IMG/VR virus record: IMGVR_UViG_3300032180_000009
Location: 1-50,554 of that record
Origin: a virus
Lineage: Duplodnaviria; Caudoviricetes
DNA length: 50,554 bases
Direction: 5' to 3' (one strand)
Shown here one piece after another: positions 9,290-17,833 of this stretch (position 1 is its first letter; the number at the start of each line of letters is the position of its first letter). The position numbers and the translations under genes are program-made. The notes beneath the pieces were generated by a model, which saw nothing but the letters and a program-made list of their open reading frames with translations, was not told where the DNA came from and made no database searches.

Positions 9290-9595
9290 ATGAGTATTTC
9301 ATTCTGGCCAACGCTACAGACAGTTACTAATGGATTGGTGGGGTCTCCTACATCAATAGCTAAAGATTCCCAATGGACTATTGTGACTTGCACATCTACA
9401 GATGCAAGTCACGTATATGCATCATTGCCTTCAGGTGGTTCTATTGGTGATGTCGTAGAAGTTCATGATTCAGGCAGTGGATGGGCTACTCAAGTAGTTC
9501 CCCCATCAGGTGAGTCATTATATGGTGGTGTTGCGGTCGCAGCGCCGAGACTATTTCGTAAGATAGACTCATCCACATGGTCATATCTAACATAA
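9290..9595 (+). CDS. Small beta-rich virion-like protein (no signal peptide)
   Basis: LPS..IGDVVEVHD...VVP.SGE.LYG pattern seen in phage fibre/baseplate modules; AT-rich. Confidence 0.6.
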   Translation: MSISFWPTLQTVTNGLVGSPTSIAKDSQWTIVTCTSTDASHVYASLPSGGSIGDVVEVHDSGSGWATQVVPPSGESLYGGVAVAAPRLFRKIDSSTWSYLT

Positions 9596-9605
9596 AGGAG
9601 CTATC

Positions 9606-10049
9606 ATGCGTAAATATCTACTCCCTTCAGTTCTTATCCTTCTTCTTGGTCTGAGCTATACTCTAGCTCAGACCATCACTAGAGCCCTTCAACTCAGTCA
9701 AGATACCACTGGTGCATTCAGTGTTGACACTAACAACGGTGTCTACTTTCCCGGCCACATTCTCTCTACCGGCACCAACCGCCCCGCACCAACCGTAGCT
9801 GGCACTGGTTCAACTCCCACCATTGCCTCTACTTCAACTGACAATGCCGGCACAATCACTGCCGGCACCTTATCCACCGTTATCAACCTGACCTTTGGCC
9901 AACCTTGGGTATCTACACCTAACTGTGTCGTTACTGCTCAATCTGGCGGCACTCCGGTAACTTACACTCCGGTCACTACCTCACTTGCCATCACCCAAGG
10001 CGCCACTACTGGCAATAAACTTGGCTATATCTGTCTGAGCCCAAGCTAA
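9606..10049 (+). CDS. Signal-peptide-bearing Thr-rich protein with fibre-like C-terminal domain
   Basis: MRKYLLPSVLILLLGLSYTLA|Q; TDNAGTIT...LTF..PW...PNCVV...YIC; RBS AAGGAG. Confidence 0.8.
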   Translation: MRKYLLPSVLILLLGLSYTLAQTITRALQLSQDTTGAFSVDTNNGVYFPGHILSTGTNRPAPTVAGTGSTPTIASTSTDNAGTITAGTLSTVINLTFGQPWVSTPNCVVTAQSGGTPVTYTPVTTSLAITQGATTGNKLGYICLSPS

Positions 10050-11110
10050 TGTTTATTCTCGGCCTATTGCTTCCAATCTGCTACATTCCAGGTTACACTG
10101 GGGCGTCAATCCCGACGCAATGGGCTGTGCTATCCCTTGCCTTACCTTTCCTTCTCCACTGTGCATCCATCTCCCGAGTGTGGTTGGGCTTCATCGCCTT
10201 CGCCATCCTTGGCACCTTGTGGGCCCCACAGGTCTACGACTCAATCTTCGGTATCTGGGTTGTGGTCTTGTGGGGCCTATCTTTTCAGCTAGGGCAGTCG
10301 AGTGAAGACCCAACGTCACTCTACAAGGGCCTTGCCTATGGGCTCTCTGTATCCTCCTTCATTGCCATCTTCCAATGGTTTGGCTACACCCCACTCCCCG
10401 TTGCCTATGGCAACAACGTCGCTGGCTTACTCTACAACCGAACCGTACTCAGCGCCGCATCGGCACTCCTCATCCTCTGCCTAATCGAACACCGCCTATG
10501 GCTCTACATCCCATCCCTACTCCCCGGCCTAATCCTTTCCGGCTCCCGGGGAGGCTGGGTCGTTCTCATCTGCGGAATCGCAGTCCGCATCCATTGGTCC
10601 TTAGTCATCGCCCAACTCGCCCTCGTCGCCCTGATCTTCGGCACCTCCGCATCCAGTTCCGACACCGAGCGATCTCTAATCTGGGCCTCAGCCATCCACG
10701 GCCTCAACTGGCTTGGTTGGTCCGCAAACTCCTTCATCGGCATCTATGTCCTCACCACCCATTCCCTAATCCATCCGGAGTTCGCCCACAATGACTACCT
10801 CCAACTCGGATTCGAATTCGGCAGCGCCTCACTCTTCCTATTTTCCATCCCAATCCTATCCTTGGTATGGCGCCCGACACTGGCCGTATTCGGTTTCATC
10901 ATACTCGCCACATTCTATTTCCCTCTCTATACCCCACTCACGGCTTTCATTTGCTGCTTTGCTCTCGGCCATTCTCTACGTGGCTTTAGCCCTTCTGGCC
11001 TTCTCATCCGTCACTGCCGACCTGATCTCCTACCGTGGGCTCACGACCCAAGACCCGAGTATGACCCAGCTTGGCGCTCAACTCTTCCCGTTCAGCCGCG
11101 AACTTCGTAA
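10049..11110 (+). CDS. O-antigen ligase / Wzy_C (WaaL/PglL-like) polytopic membrane glycosyltransferase
   Basis: About 10 hydrophobic segments; SGSRGGW, ERSLIW, LGWSANSF and AHNDYLQLGFEFG match the Wzy_C periplasmic-loop motifs, including the conserved His. Confidence 0.8.
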   Translation: MFILGLLLPICYIPGYTGASIPTQWAVLSLALPFLLHCASISRVWLGFIAFAILGTLWAPQVYDSIFGIWVVVLWGLSFQLGQSSEDPTSLYKGLAYGLSVSSFIAIFQWFGYTPLPVAYGNNVAGLLYNRTVLSAASALLILCLIEHRLWLYIPSLLPGLILSGSRGGWVVLICGIAVRIHWSLVIAQLALVALIFGTSASSSDTERSLIWASAIHGLNWLGWSANSFIGIYVLTTHSLIHPEFAHNDYLQLGFEFGSASLFLFSIPILSLVWRPTLAVFGFIILATFYFPLYTPLTAFICCFALGHSLRGFSPSGLLIRHCRPDLLPWAHDPRPEYDPAWRSTLPVQPRTS

Positions 11111-11122
11111 CCGGAGGCTTAA

Positions 11123-12385
11123 ATGAAACGCTTTCTCCTTAGCGCCTTTGCCTTCTGGTTCGGGTTGGCGCCATTGCTAGCTCAGCAGTTCCCTATCCAA
11201 GGTGGTGCTAACGTTGTCCCTCAGGCCGGGTCCTTCTCCAACGGCACCCAAGGCGTTCCCATCGGCGCTGTTCCCACCACCAACGGCGGCTGGGTTCAAA
11301 ACTGGCCGGATCAAACCAAGCAACTCTTCGTGGATGATTTCTCCACTGGTACCCTCAATACCATCAACCGTTGGCAAACCCCCACCGCCGGCACTGGCGG
11401 TACCGCTGCGTCCAACGCCGTAGGCCAAACCACCCTTGCCGGTGGCACTACCGCCAATGGCTTCTCTGCCCTCTCCACTCAGTTGATCTTCTTCGACAAG
11501 AACCCGGGCTATGTGTTCTTTCAAGCCAACATCAACCTGTCCAATCCTGCCACCACCAACACGGTTGAGTACATCGGCTTTGGCACCATTCCAACCACCC
11601 CCACCGCCGCTGCCTACTGCACCAACTGCGTCGGCTTTGAAGATGGCATCGATGGTAAACTCCGTGCCGTAACTTGGGCCTCTGGCGGCAAAACCATAAT
11701 CGCTGACCTCTCCGTTGCTCAAGGCATAACCCCAACCTCAACCGCTGCCCTATCCGGCGCTGTCGGCTCTTTCACCGGTGGCTGCAACTGTACCCCACAG
11801 CACACAGACACTGGGTCATACAAATACGTCATCTACTTCCGTGGTGACAACATCCTGTGGTATATGGAAAACCAAGTCAACGGCCAGTTGCTGTTGGTTG
11901 CCTTCACCACCCGCGGTGCCCTTGGCCCTGACGTAAACCAACTCCCCGCCAGCTTCGTCGTGGTCAACAACACCGTCGGCCCAGCCACCGGTTCCACGAT
12001 GCAGATCAACCAAGTCACCGTGGGGGACTCCTCTGGCAATCCCATAACCGCAGTCTCCACCATCGCTGGCTCGACAGCCTCGTCCTCTGTGCTCAAAGCC
12101 GCAGCCGGCCATCTAATCGGTGCCTATGCCAATTGCACTGCTGCGTGTTGGTTGATGATCTTCAACTCCGCCACTGCCCCCTCTAATGGCGCAACCACTG
12201 CCGGCACCGGCTCTGGCGGCCTCCAAGACTGTGTCCCCATTGCCGCTGGTGGCATTGGCTCCATCAACTACACCCCGCAACCGTTTGAGTTCTTCTCCAC
12301 TGGTATCACCGCAGCCATCTCCTCCACTGCTTGTGGCACCCTCACCCTGTCCACGGTTGGCTTCATTCATGGAACAGTACAATGA
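11123..12385 (+). CDS. Signal-peptide-bearing 420-aa beta-sandwich (lectin-like) virion-type protein
   Basis: MKRFLLSAFAFWFGLAPLLA|QQ; FVDDFSTGTL..RW start typical of concanavalin-like folds; paired Cys (CTNC, CNC, CTAAC). Confidence 0.75.
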   Translation: MKRFLLSAFAFWFGLAPLLAQQFPIQGGANVVPQAGSFSNGTQGVPIGAVPTTNGGWVQNWPDQTKQLFVDDFSTGTLNTINRWQTPTAGTGGTAASNAVGQTTLAGGTTANGFSALSTQLIFFDKNPGYVFFQANINLSNPATTNTVEYIGFGTIPTTPTAAAYCTNCVGFEDGIDGKLRAVTWASGGKTIIADLSVAQGITPTSTAALSGAVGSFTGGCNCTPQHTDTGSYKYVIYFRGDNILWYMENQVNGQLLLVAFTTRGALGPDVNQLPASFVVVNNTVGPATGSTMQINQVTVGDSSGNPITAVSTIAGSTASSSVLKAAAGHLIGAYANCTAACWLMIFNSATAPSNGATTAGTGSGGLQDCVPIAAGGIGSINYTPQPFEFFSTGITAAISSTACGTLTLSTVGFIHGTVQ

Positions 12386-12642
12386 TCGATCGCATCCTAA
12401 TCTCCATTCTGAGTTTTGCCTTTGGCTTTGCCATTGTACATGCTCAGACCGTCACCGCTTCAGGCATCACATCTCTTCCACGATCAGCTATTGGTAGCCT
12501 CCCAACCTGCAATGCTGCAGCCGAAGGCACTCTGTTCGGCGTTACCGATGCCTTAATCCCTGCCGCTCTCGCCACAGTAGCCGCCGGCGGTGCCGTTCAC
12601 GTCTCTGTCTACTGCAATGGAACCAACTGGATTGTACTTTGA
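12382..12642 (+). CDS. Small signal-peptide-bearing protein with LPTC...YCNGTNW module
   Basis: MIDRILISILSFAFGFAIVHA|Q; ATGA coupling; LP.C..A..G...VTD...V.CNGTNW fibre-type repeat. Confidence 0.75.
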   Translation: MIDRILISILSFAFGFAIVHAQTVTASGITSLPRSAIGSLPTCNAAAEGTLFGVTDALIPAALATVAAGGAVHVSVYCNGTNWIVL

Positions 12643-12654
12643 AAGGACCACCAA

Positions 12655-13206
12655 ATGTCTAATGTTGAAGCCCCCCGCTGGCGCCTAACCGAGGCCCATC
12701 ATCTCGCAATCGAAGTCCTTCCGGACGGCACCAAGGTCGAGTGGGAACACAAAGAAACCTCCCGCGAATCCGGCCGCGCTGTGCGAAAGCTCTTCGCTGT
12801 GCCGATGTTTCTTGAACCCAAAGACGCCGCTGATCACAACTACCCCGGCGAGATCATCGTCGCCCACGAGGTCGACGGTGCCCACAACATGGCCAAGGAC
12901 TACATCTTCACCGGTCCGCCGACCCCAGGAATGGAGCCGCTGAACGAAGCTGCTGGGCTTCTGTCCGAAGAATGGAAACACAAGTGGAACAACCCCGTTG
13001 AATCCCTTCCGGCCAACGGTGGAATGAACGCAGCCGAATCCGCTTTCCTTGCCAAGATGATGGAAGCCTTCGAACGCATTGCACCGCCGCGGGCAGAGCC
13101 CAAGGCCGATCCCAGTGAGGTTGCCGATCTGAAGGAACGCCTTGCCCGGCTTGAGGCCCTCATTGCCGCCCAAAACAAAATCCCAGCCGAGGGACGTCGG
13201 GTCTGA
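12655..13206 (+). CDS. Hypothetical protein with C-terminal coiled coil
   Basis: RBS AAGGA; EVADLKERLARLEALI coiled coil. Confidence 0.75.
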   Translation: MSNVEAPRWRLTEAHHLAIEVLPDGTKVEWEHKETSRESGRAVRKLFAVPMFLEPKDAADHNYPGEIIVAHEVDGAHNMAKDYIFTGPPTPGMEPLNEAAGLLSEEWKHKWNNPVESLPANGGMNAAESAFLAKMMEAFERIAPPRAEPKADPSEVADLKERLARLEALIAAQNKIPAEGRRV

Positions 13207-13646
13207 TGGCCTCGCAACTCGACCTCGATCAAGGCGGAACCAATCGTCAAACCCACCGAGTGTACCTCGGGCCATCGGTGGGCTGGCAAGAGGTCTCGTG
13301 GGAGTGGGTGCTCAACATCACTGTTGGTGGCACCACTACCATGTTGCTCGGTTCCAACCTCGTCTTGGTCAACTTCAATGGCGCCGTCTCGATCCAACTC
13401 CCTTCCTTCAAAGCCACCTCAGCCGGTGCTCAAGCAATCCCCCGGCAGTTCCTGATTCTTCCTGTGACCATTTCCGACGTTGGTGGGTTTGCCACCGCCA
13501 ATCCCATCACCATCCTTCCGTTCGGCACCGAGCTAATCTCTGGCCTCTTTAACAACACAACCACACTACTTCAACTCTCGTCGAACTACGGCTCCATTGT
13601 AATTCGACCCGACACAGTCAATGGCGGAGGCACGCTACTCCAATGA
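13206..13646 (+). CDS. Virion/fibre-associated beta protein (no signal peptide)
   Basis: TGATG coupling; V.IQLPS...VTISDVGG.A..NPITILP.G.E.I.G pattern; precedes the tailspike. Confidence 0.65.
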   Translation: MASQLDLDQGGTNRQTHRVYLGPSVGWQEVSWEWVLNITVGGTTTMLLGSNLVLVNFNGAVSIQLPSFKATSAGAQAIPRQFLILPVTISDVGGFATANPITILPFGTELISGLFNNTTTLLQLSSNYGSIVIRPDTVNGGGTLLQ

Positions 13647-15412
13647 AACGCATTCTCCTTGCCCTTTGGCTTTTGCTTCTTCCCTCAGTTGCGCAAGCGC
13701 AATGTAACGGCGTCTTCGCTGCCCACACCGTTTGCGGCAATAACACCGCCAACCCCGGCATCCCAGGTCAAGTTCCTCAGGCCTCAATTATCGGCCCCGG
13801 TGGCACTAACGGCTCAATACAATACAACAATGGAGGTTTCTTCGGCGGTGTTTCTGGCACGGCCAATCAAATTCCAGTTTTTCCTGGTGGTACGGCAGCT
13901 CCGGTTGCAACTCCAGCATCAACATGGTTCGACAACGCATATTGTAACACTATTGGTTACATAATCGCTCGTACCACAGGTGGGTGGGTTTGTACGAGAG
14001 GTATCCCTGTTAATATAGTTTGGCTTGGAGCTATAGCTGATGGTAGCACCGCGTACAGTTCAACTAATGCAACAACTAATGCAACTGCATTAACCACGGC
14101 ATTAGCCACTGGCAGTTGCGCCTTTATTCCATATAACGTTAATGGCTATAGCTTTGCCGGTTCAATCACCATTAATAGTGGCAATTGTATTCAAGGTGAA
14201 AATCAGGTCTTAGTCAAATCACAAGCTACGACTCAGTTTTTAGATATTGTATCATTCAATTATCCATTTACACACATAGAAAATATTCATATAGATATGA
14301 CTGGCTCAGGAGCATCTTCTACAGCTTTTCTTATTGATACTACAGCGGCTAATGTGTATGCAATTAAATTCGATAAAATATATGCAACAAACTGCGTGCA
14401 TGTTATTACTGATGTCGGAACTTTTGGTGCAGTGGATGTTTCTATAACTAATTTCCGCTCGGCTCTTACTCGAGGTACACAAATATATTTTAAAAAATCA
14501 CTTGGACTTATGTACTTTCAACAAGTACAAATAGACAACACTTCTAATGTGGGGGCCGTAACTTGGAACGGTATTCAATTTGATCTAGTTGCCGGTATAG
14601 AATTAAATGCTGTAGATGTCATTGGACCAACAACTGGTTCTTATCAGTCTGGTGTATACGGTATTCAAATAAATGGTGGCACTGGCTCTGCCGCGGTTTG
14701 GATGGAGCGCGTAAATGTTGATACAACTACAGGAAATGGTATTGGAATCAGTCTTACTAATTTTCTTTGGTTGTCGCATTTAGATATTAATGCAAATTTG
14801 GGAAATGCAGTTGTTCTTACTGCAACAAATACAGTCGAAATCTCGGATAGTTTTATAGGCGGAGGTTTTGGGCGTACTGGTGCAGCTGCTGGCGCAGCAG
14901 GTTTATCGATTACATCTAGTAATGATGTTCATGTTGTAAATTTAACAACAACTAATAACGTTGGTTCTGGAGTTATTATTAATGGAACATCCAATAGAGT
15001 AAACTTGGGCAATGTTAGTTCAACATTAAATGGATTTCCTTATGCATTGCAAAATACAGCTTCAAACGTTATTTTCTTGAATGGTGCCTTTGCTAGTAAT
15101 TCTTCTGGAGTTTCTAATACTTCATCCGGAACAGGTAACATCATAAAAGATATATCAGGTTACAATCCGATAGGAGCCACTGCGGCACAGAATGTTGGAG
15201 CTTCACCGGCTACGGTATGTGCAGGAACATCACCGGAAACACATTACTTAATTCAATCCGCCACTAACACTGCTACAGTTACACAAGGCGGTGTTCAAAT
15301 TTTAGCATTAAGTAACGCTAACAATTTCTACACGGTACAACTTAATTCGAATGAATGCTATATAGTCACATGGCTTACTACACAGCCTACTTACACTAAA
15401 TTCGTGCACTGA
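13643..15412 (+). CDS. Tailspike/receptor-binding protein with pectate-lyase-like beta-helix and N-terminal signal peptide
   Basis: MKRILLALWLLLLPSVAQA|Q; VNIVWLGAIADG...NATALTTAL entry motif, then Asn/Gly/Thr/Ile-rich beta-helix rungs; markedly AT-rich. Confidence 0.8.
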   Translation: MKRILLALWLLLLPSVAQAQCNGVFAAHTVCGNNTANPGIPGQVPQASIIGPGGTNGSIQYNNGGFFGGVSGTANQIPVFPGGTAAPVATPASTWFDNAYCNTIGYIIARTTGGWVCTRGIPVNIVWLGAIADGSTAYSSTNATTNATALTTALATGSCAFIPYNVNGYSFAGSITINSGNCIQGENQVLVKSQATTQFLDIVSFNYPFTHIENIHIDMTGSGASSTAFLIDTTAANVYAIKFDKIYATNCVHVITDVGTFGAVDVSITNFRSALTRGTQIYFKKSLGLMYFQQVQIDNTSNVGAVTWNGIQFDLVAGIELNAVDVIGPTTGSYQSGVYGIQINGGTGSAAVWMERVNVDTTTGNGIGISLTNFLWLSHLDINANLGNAVVLTATNTVEISDSFIGGGFGRTGAAAGAAGLSITSSNDVHVVNLTTTNNVGSGVIINGTSNRVNLGNVSSTLNGFPYALQNTASNVIFLNGAFASNSSGVSNTSSGTGNIIKDISGYNPIGATAAQNVGASPATVCAGTSPETHYLIQSATNTATVTQGGVQILALSNANNFYTVQLNSNECYIVTWLTTQPTYTKFVH

Positions 15413-15420
15413 GGATTCTA

Positions 15421-15828
15421 ATGCCCGACGAACCCGAATACAAACTCGACGACTCTCTTACCGAGCGGGACCTCCTATTTCGCATCGCTCGTGAACTAAC
15501 CACCATGCGCCAGATGCTCACCAAAGTCGTTAACTACATGGTCGACGCCGAAAGCGAAGTCCCTGAGAAGATGCGCCGGTTCATTATGTACATGCACGAT
15601 ATGCATGATGTCAAAAACCTCTACGATGAACATGGGATCACGGTTCCAGCCTATGTGATGCGTGAGGTCGAACGCTGCGACGACCGCTTACGCCAGCTTC
15701 TTCAAGACCTTCACTCCGATGGCAACGCCTTCGAGAAGGTCCGACGGGAGATGGCCGCAGACACCGAGAACAAATGGGACCACACTGCGCTACTATCCTA
15801 CCTCAAACCAAAGGACATAACCAAATGA
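15421..15828 (+). CDS. Hypothetical helical protein
   Basis: RBS GAGGA; 135 aa; possible fibre chaperone by position only. Confidence 0.75.
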   Translation: MPDEPEYKLDDSLTERDLLFRIARELTTMRQMLTKVVNYMVDAESEVPEKMRRFIMYMHDMHDVKNLYDEHGITVPAYVMREVERCDDRLRQLLQDLHSDGNAFEKVRREMAADTENKWDHTALLSYLKPKDITK

Positions 15829-16031
15829 AGAAACAAGGACGTGCGGATAGGGATGTCCGTGAATCCACACCGCCCTCGACGGTGTCGAAGTCTGTGAGTC
15901 CGGCGGGCGCCACCGCTCCTGGCACCATCACCTACAGCAAATCCGCGCCGATGTATGATAACAAACCGGCGTTTCAATCTCCACCGGCCAAGGCCAGGGA
16001 GTTCAACAAAGGTTCGCAAGGGAAACACTGA
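15825..16031 (+). CDS. Small basic hypothetical protein
   Basis: ATGA coupling, RBS AAGGA. Confidence 0.65.
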   Translation: MKKQGRADRDVRESTPPSTVSKSVSPAGATAPGTITYSKSAPMYDNKPAFQSPPAKAREFNKGSQGKH

Positions 16032-16032
16032 T

Positions 16033-16500
16033 ATGAGCATCGACATGAACCGAGTGGGGCTGTTGCTCCATGTAATTACCGAGGCCATTCAGCACGGGTC
16101 GGCCTATCGCGACATCATCGCCGAGGCCAATGCGGAGTTGATCGTGGTCAACGACACCGCACGTAAGGACGCCCTCGATCGGGCAAAGGCCAAAGCTGAT
16201 GAGTTTGCCAAGGCCAAAGCCGAAGAACAAGCCCGGGCTGATGAACTGGCTGTGGAGCAAGAGGCCAAGTTGAAGGCTGAGGCTCAAGCCAAGATCGATG
16301 ACGAAATCCGCACCAAGGCTCAAGTACTTGCAGCCGCTCAAGCAAAGGCCGAAGCCGATGCGAAGCCTCCGGCCGACGCCCCGGCTGATGCGCCAGTCAC
16401 TGCGCCGCCAGTGGCATTAACCCCGGCCGAGGCCCCAGATGGTGACGGCACTCCTGGCCCTGAGGCCACCATGACCACAATCGCTGATCGGAGGGTGTGA
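16033..16500 (+). CDS. Ala/Glu/Lys-rich coiled-coil protein with Pro-Ala tail
   Basis: Long heptad-like segment; in operon. Confidence 0.7.
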   Translation: MSIDMNRVGLLLHVITEAIQHGSAYRDIIAEANAELIVVNDTARKDALDRAKAKADEFAKAKAEEQARADELAVEQEAKLKAEAQAKIDDEIRTKAQVLAAAQAKAEADAKPPADAPADAPVTAPPVALTPAEAPDGDGTPGPEATMTTIADRRV

Positions 16501-16730
16501 TGGGTGTCTCCAGGGATGGTGGCAAGCCCAATGTCATCGATGTGAATCGCTATTCCGAACCCGTCGGGCCGAAGCGGAACTACCCCGCAGCGCCCGGGCT
16601 CGGTGCGGACAACTACGGCTGCTGTGGCACTCAAGGCGGCGGGGGCACCAGTGCAGCCACTGGCGGTGGTGTCGGCATAGTTCGCAAGGGCGGTGAGAAC
16701 CGTGACATGGGCACTCAAGGTAAACGCTGA
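16500..16730 (+). CDS. Small Gly-rich hypothetical protein
   Basis: TGATG coupling at both ends; RBS GGAGG. Confidence 0.65.
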   Translation: MGVSRDGGKPNVIDVNRYSEPVGPKRNYPAAPGLGADNYGCCGTQGGGGTSAATGGGVGIVRKGGENRDMGTQGKR

Positions 16731-17824
16731 TGCCTTCCAACACCGACATCTGTAACAGATCGCTCCAAACCTTTGGCACCCGCACTGACGTTACAGATGC
16801 CGAACTCGCAGCCAACTCCACCAATGAGGCAAAGCAATTCAACCTCATTGCGTTCAACCTCCGCGATGACCTCCTGCGCCTAGCCCCATGGGACTGTGGC
16901 CTCCGGGTTGCCAACCTCACCTACATCTCCTCCGTCGTCGGCACCCCGGAGAACCAATCCCCAATCACTGCCCTATGGACTCCAGGGCAACCAGCACCGC
17001 CGTGGCAATACGAATACCAATACCCAGTGGATTGCCTCCGTGCGGTTTCCATCATCCCCGCCAATCAAGTCGGCTTCTCGGGCACCATCCCCATCTCCCC
17101 CGCTGTCACTGGTGGTGCCTCCACTTGGTGGCAGGGTCAACCAGTCAAGTACAAAGTCCAAACGGATCAATTCCGCCCAGTGACTTCGGCCACTGTGGCT
17201 GCCGGTGGCACAGGTCACGCCGTAGGCGACATCATCACCCTTCCTCTTGGCCCGGTAACCTCAGCCCCCGTGGGTGCCCCGGTTCAACTTCAGGTCCTGA
17301 CCGCCCCCGGCGGCATCATAGGCACTGTGGCTGTGGTCAATGTCATCATCGGCACACCCATTGCGGCTCCACTCGGCGGATCATACTTCGGTGTGCAAAC
17401 CAACCCCATTGCCCAAGCCTCCACCACAGGTGTTGGCATCAACGCCACCTTCAACCTAGTCCAAGGTCCTGCGGATGACCAGCGTGTCATCCTAACCAAT
17501 CAAGAATTCGCCACGTTGATGTATGTAAAGCAAGTCACTAACCCCAATGTGATGGACACCTTGTTCCAAACCGCTTGGATCAAGCTCACTGGCGCGGCTA
17601 TGCAAATGGCCCTGCGCGGGGACAAGGGTGTCTCCAATATGTTGATTGAGGAGGTCAACAAAGCCATTCAATCCGCGCGGTCCATCGATGGCAATGAAGG
17701 CCTCACCATTAATGACGTGACCCCAGATTGGATCCGCATGCGAGGCATTGCGTGGTCCGACGGTTATATGTCTGGTCCATTCGCAGGCTTCGATTGGGGC
17801 GGCCTGTGGCCCTCCTATCAGTAA
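16730..17824 (+). CDS. Tail tubular protein A / adaptor (T7 gp11-like) with inserted domain
   Basis: DICNRSL...LRDDLLRLAPW...WQYEYQYPVDCLR...ARSIDGNEG...PDWI..R. Confidence 0.85.
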   Translation: MPSNTDICNRSLQTFGTRTDVTDAELAANSTNEAKQFNLIAFNLRDDLLRLAPWDCGLRVANLTYISSVVGTPENQSPITALWTPGQPAPPWQYEYQYPVDCLRAVSIIPANQVGFSGTIPISPAVTGGASTWWQGQPVKYKVQTDQFRPVTSATVAAGGTGHAVGDIITLPLGPVTSAPVGAPVQLQVLTAPGGIIGTVAVVNVIIGTPIAAPLGGSYFGVQTNPIAQASTTGVGINATFNLVQGPADDQRVILTNQEFATLMYVKQVTNPNVMDTLFQTAWIKLTGAAMQMALRGDKGVSNMLIEEVNKAIQSARSIDGNEGLTINDVTPDWIRMRGIAWSDGYMSGPFAGFDWGGLWPSYQ

Positions 17825-17833
17825 GGCACCGTT

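Noticed and set aside
10049-11110. Classical serotype-conversion cassette (gtrABC, oac or wzy)
   Set aside because: No GtrA/GtrB or acyltransferase partners, no separate promoter and no lysogeny module; the gene is coupled within the late structural operon
13643-15828. Diversity-generating retroelement, expected from BPP-1-like head genes
   Set aside because: No reverse transcriptase motifs and no TR/VR repeat pair seen near the tailspike or elsewhere
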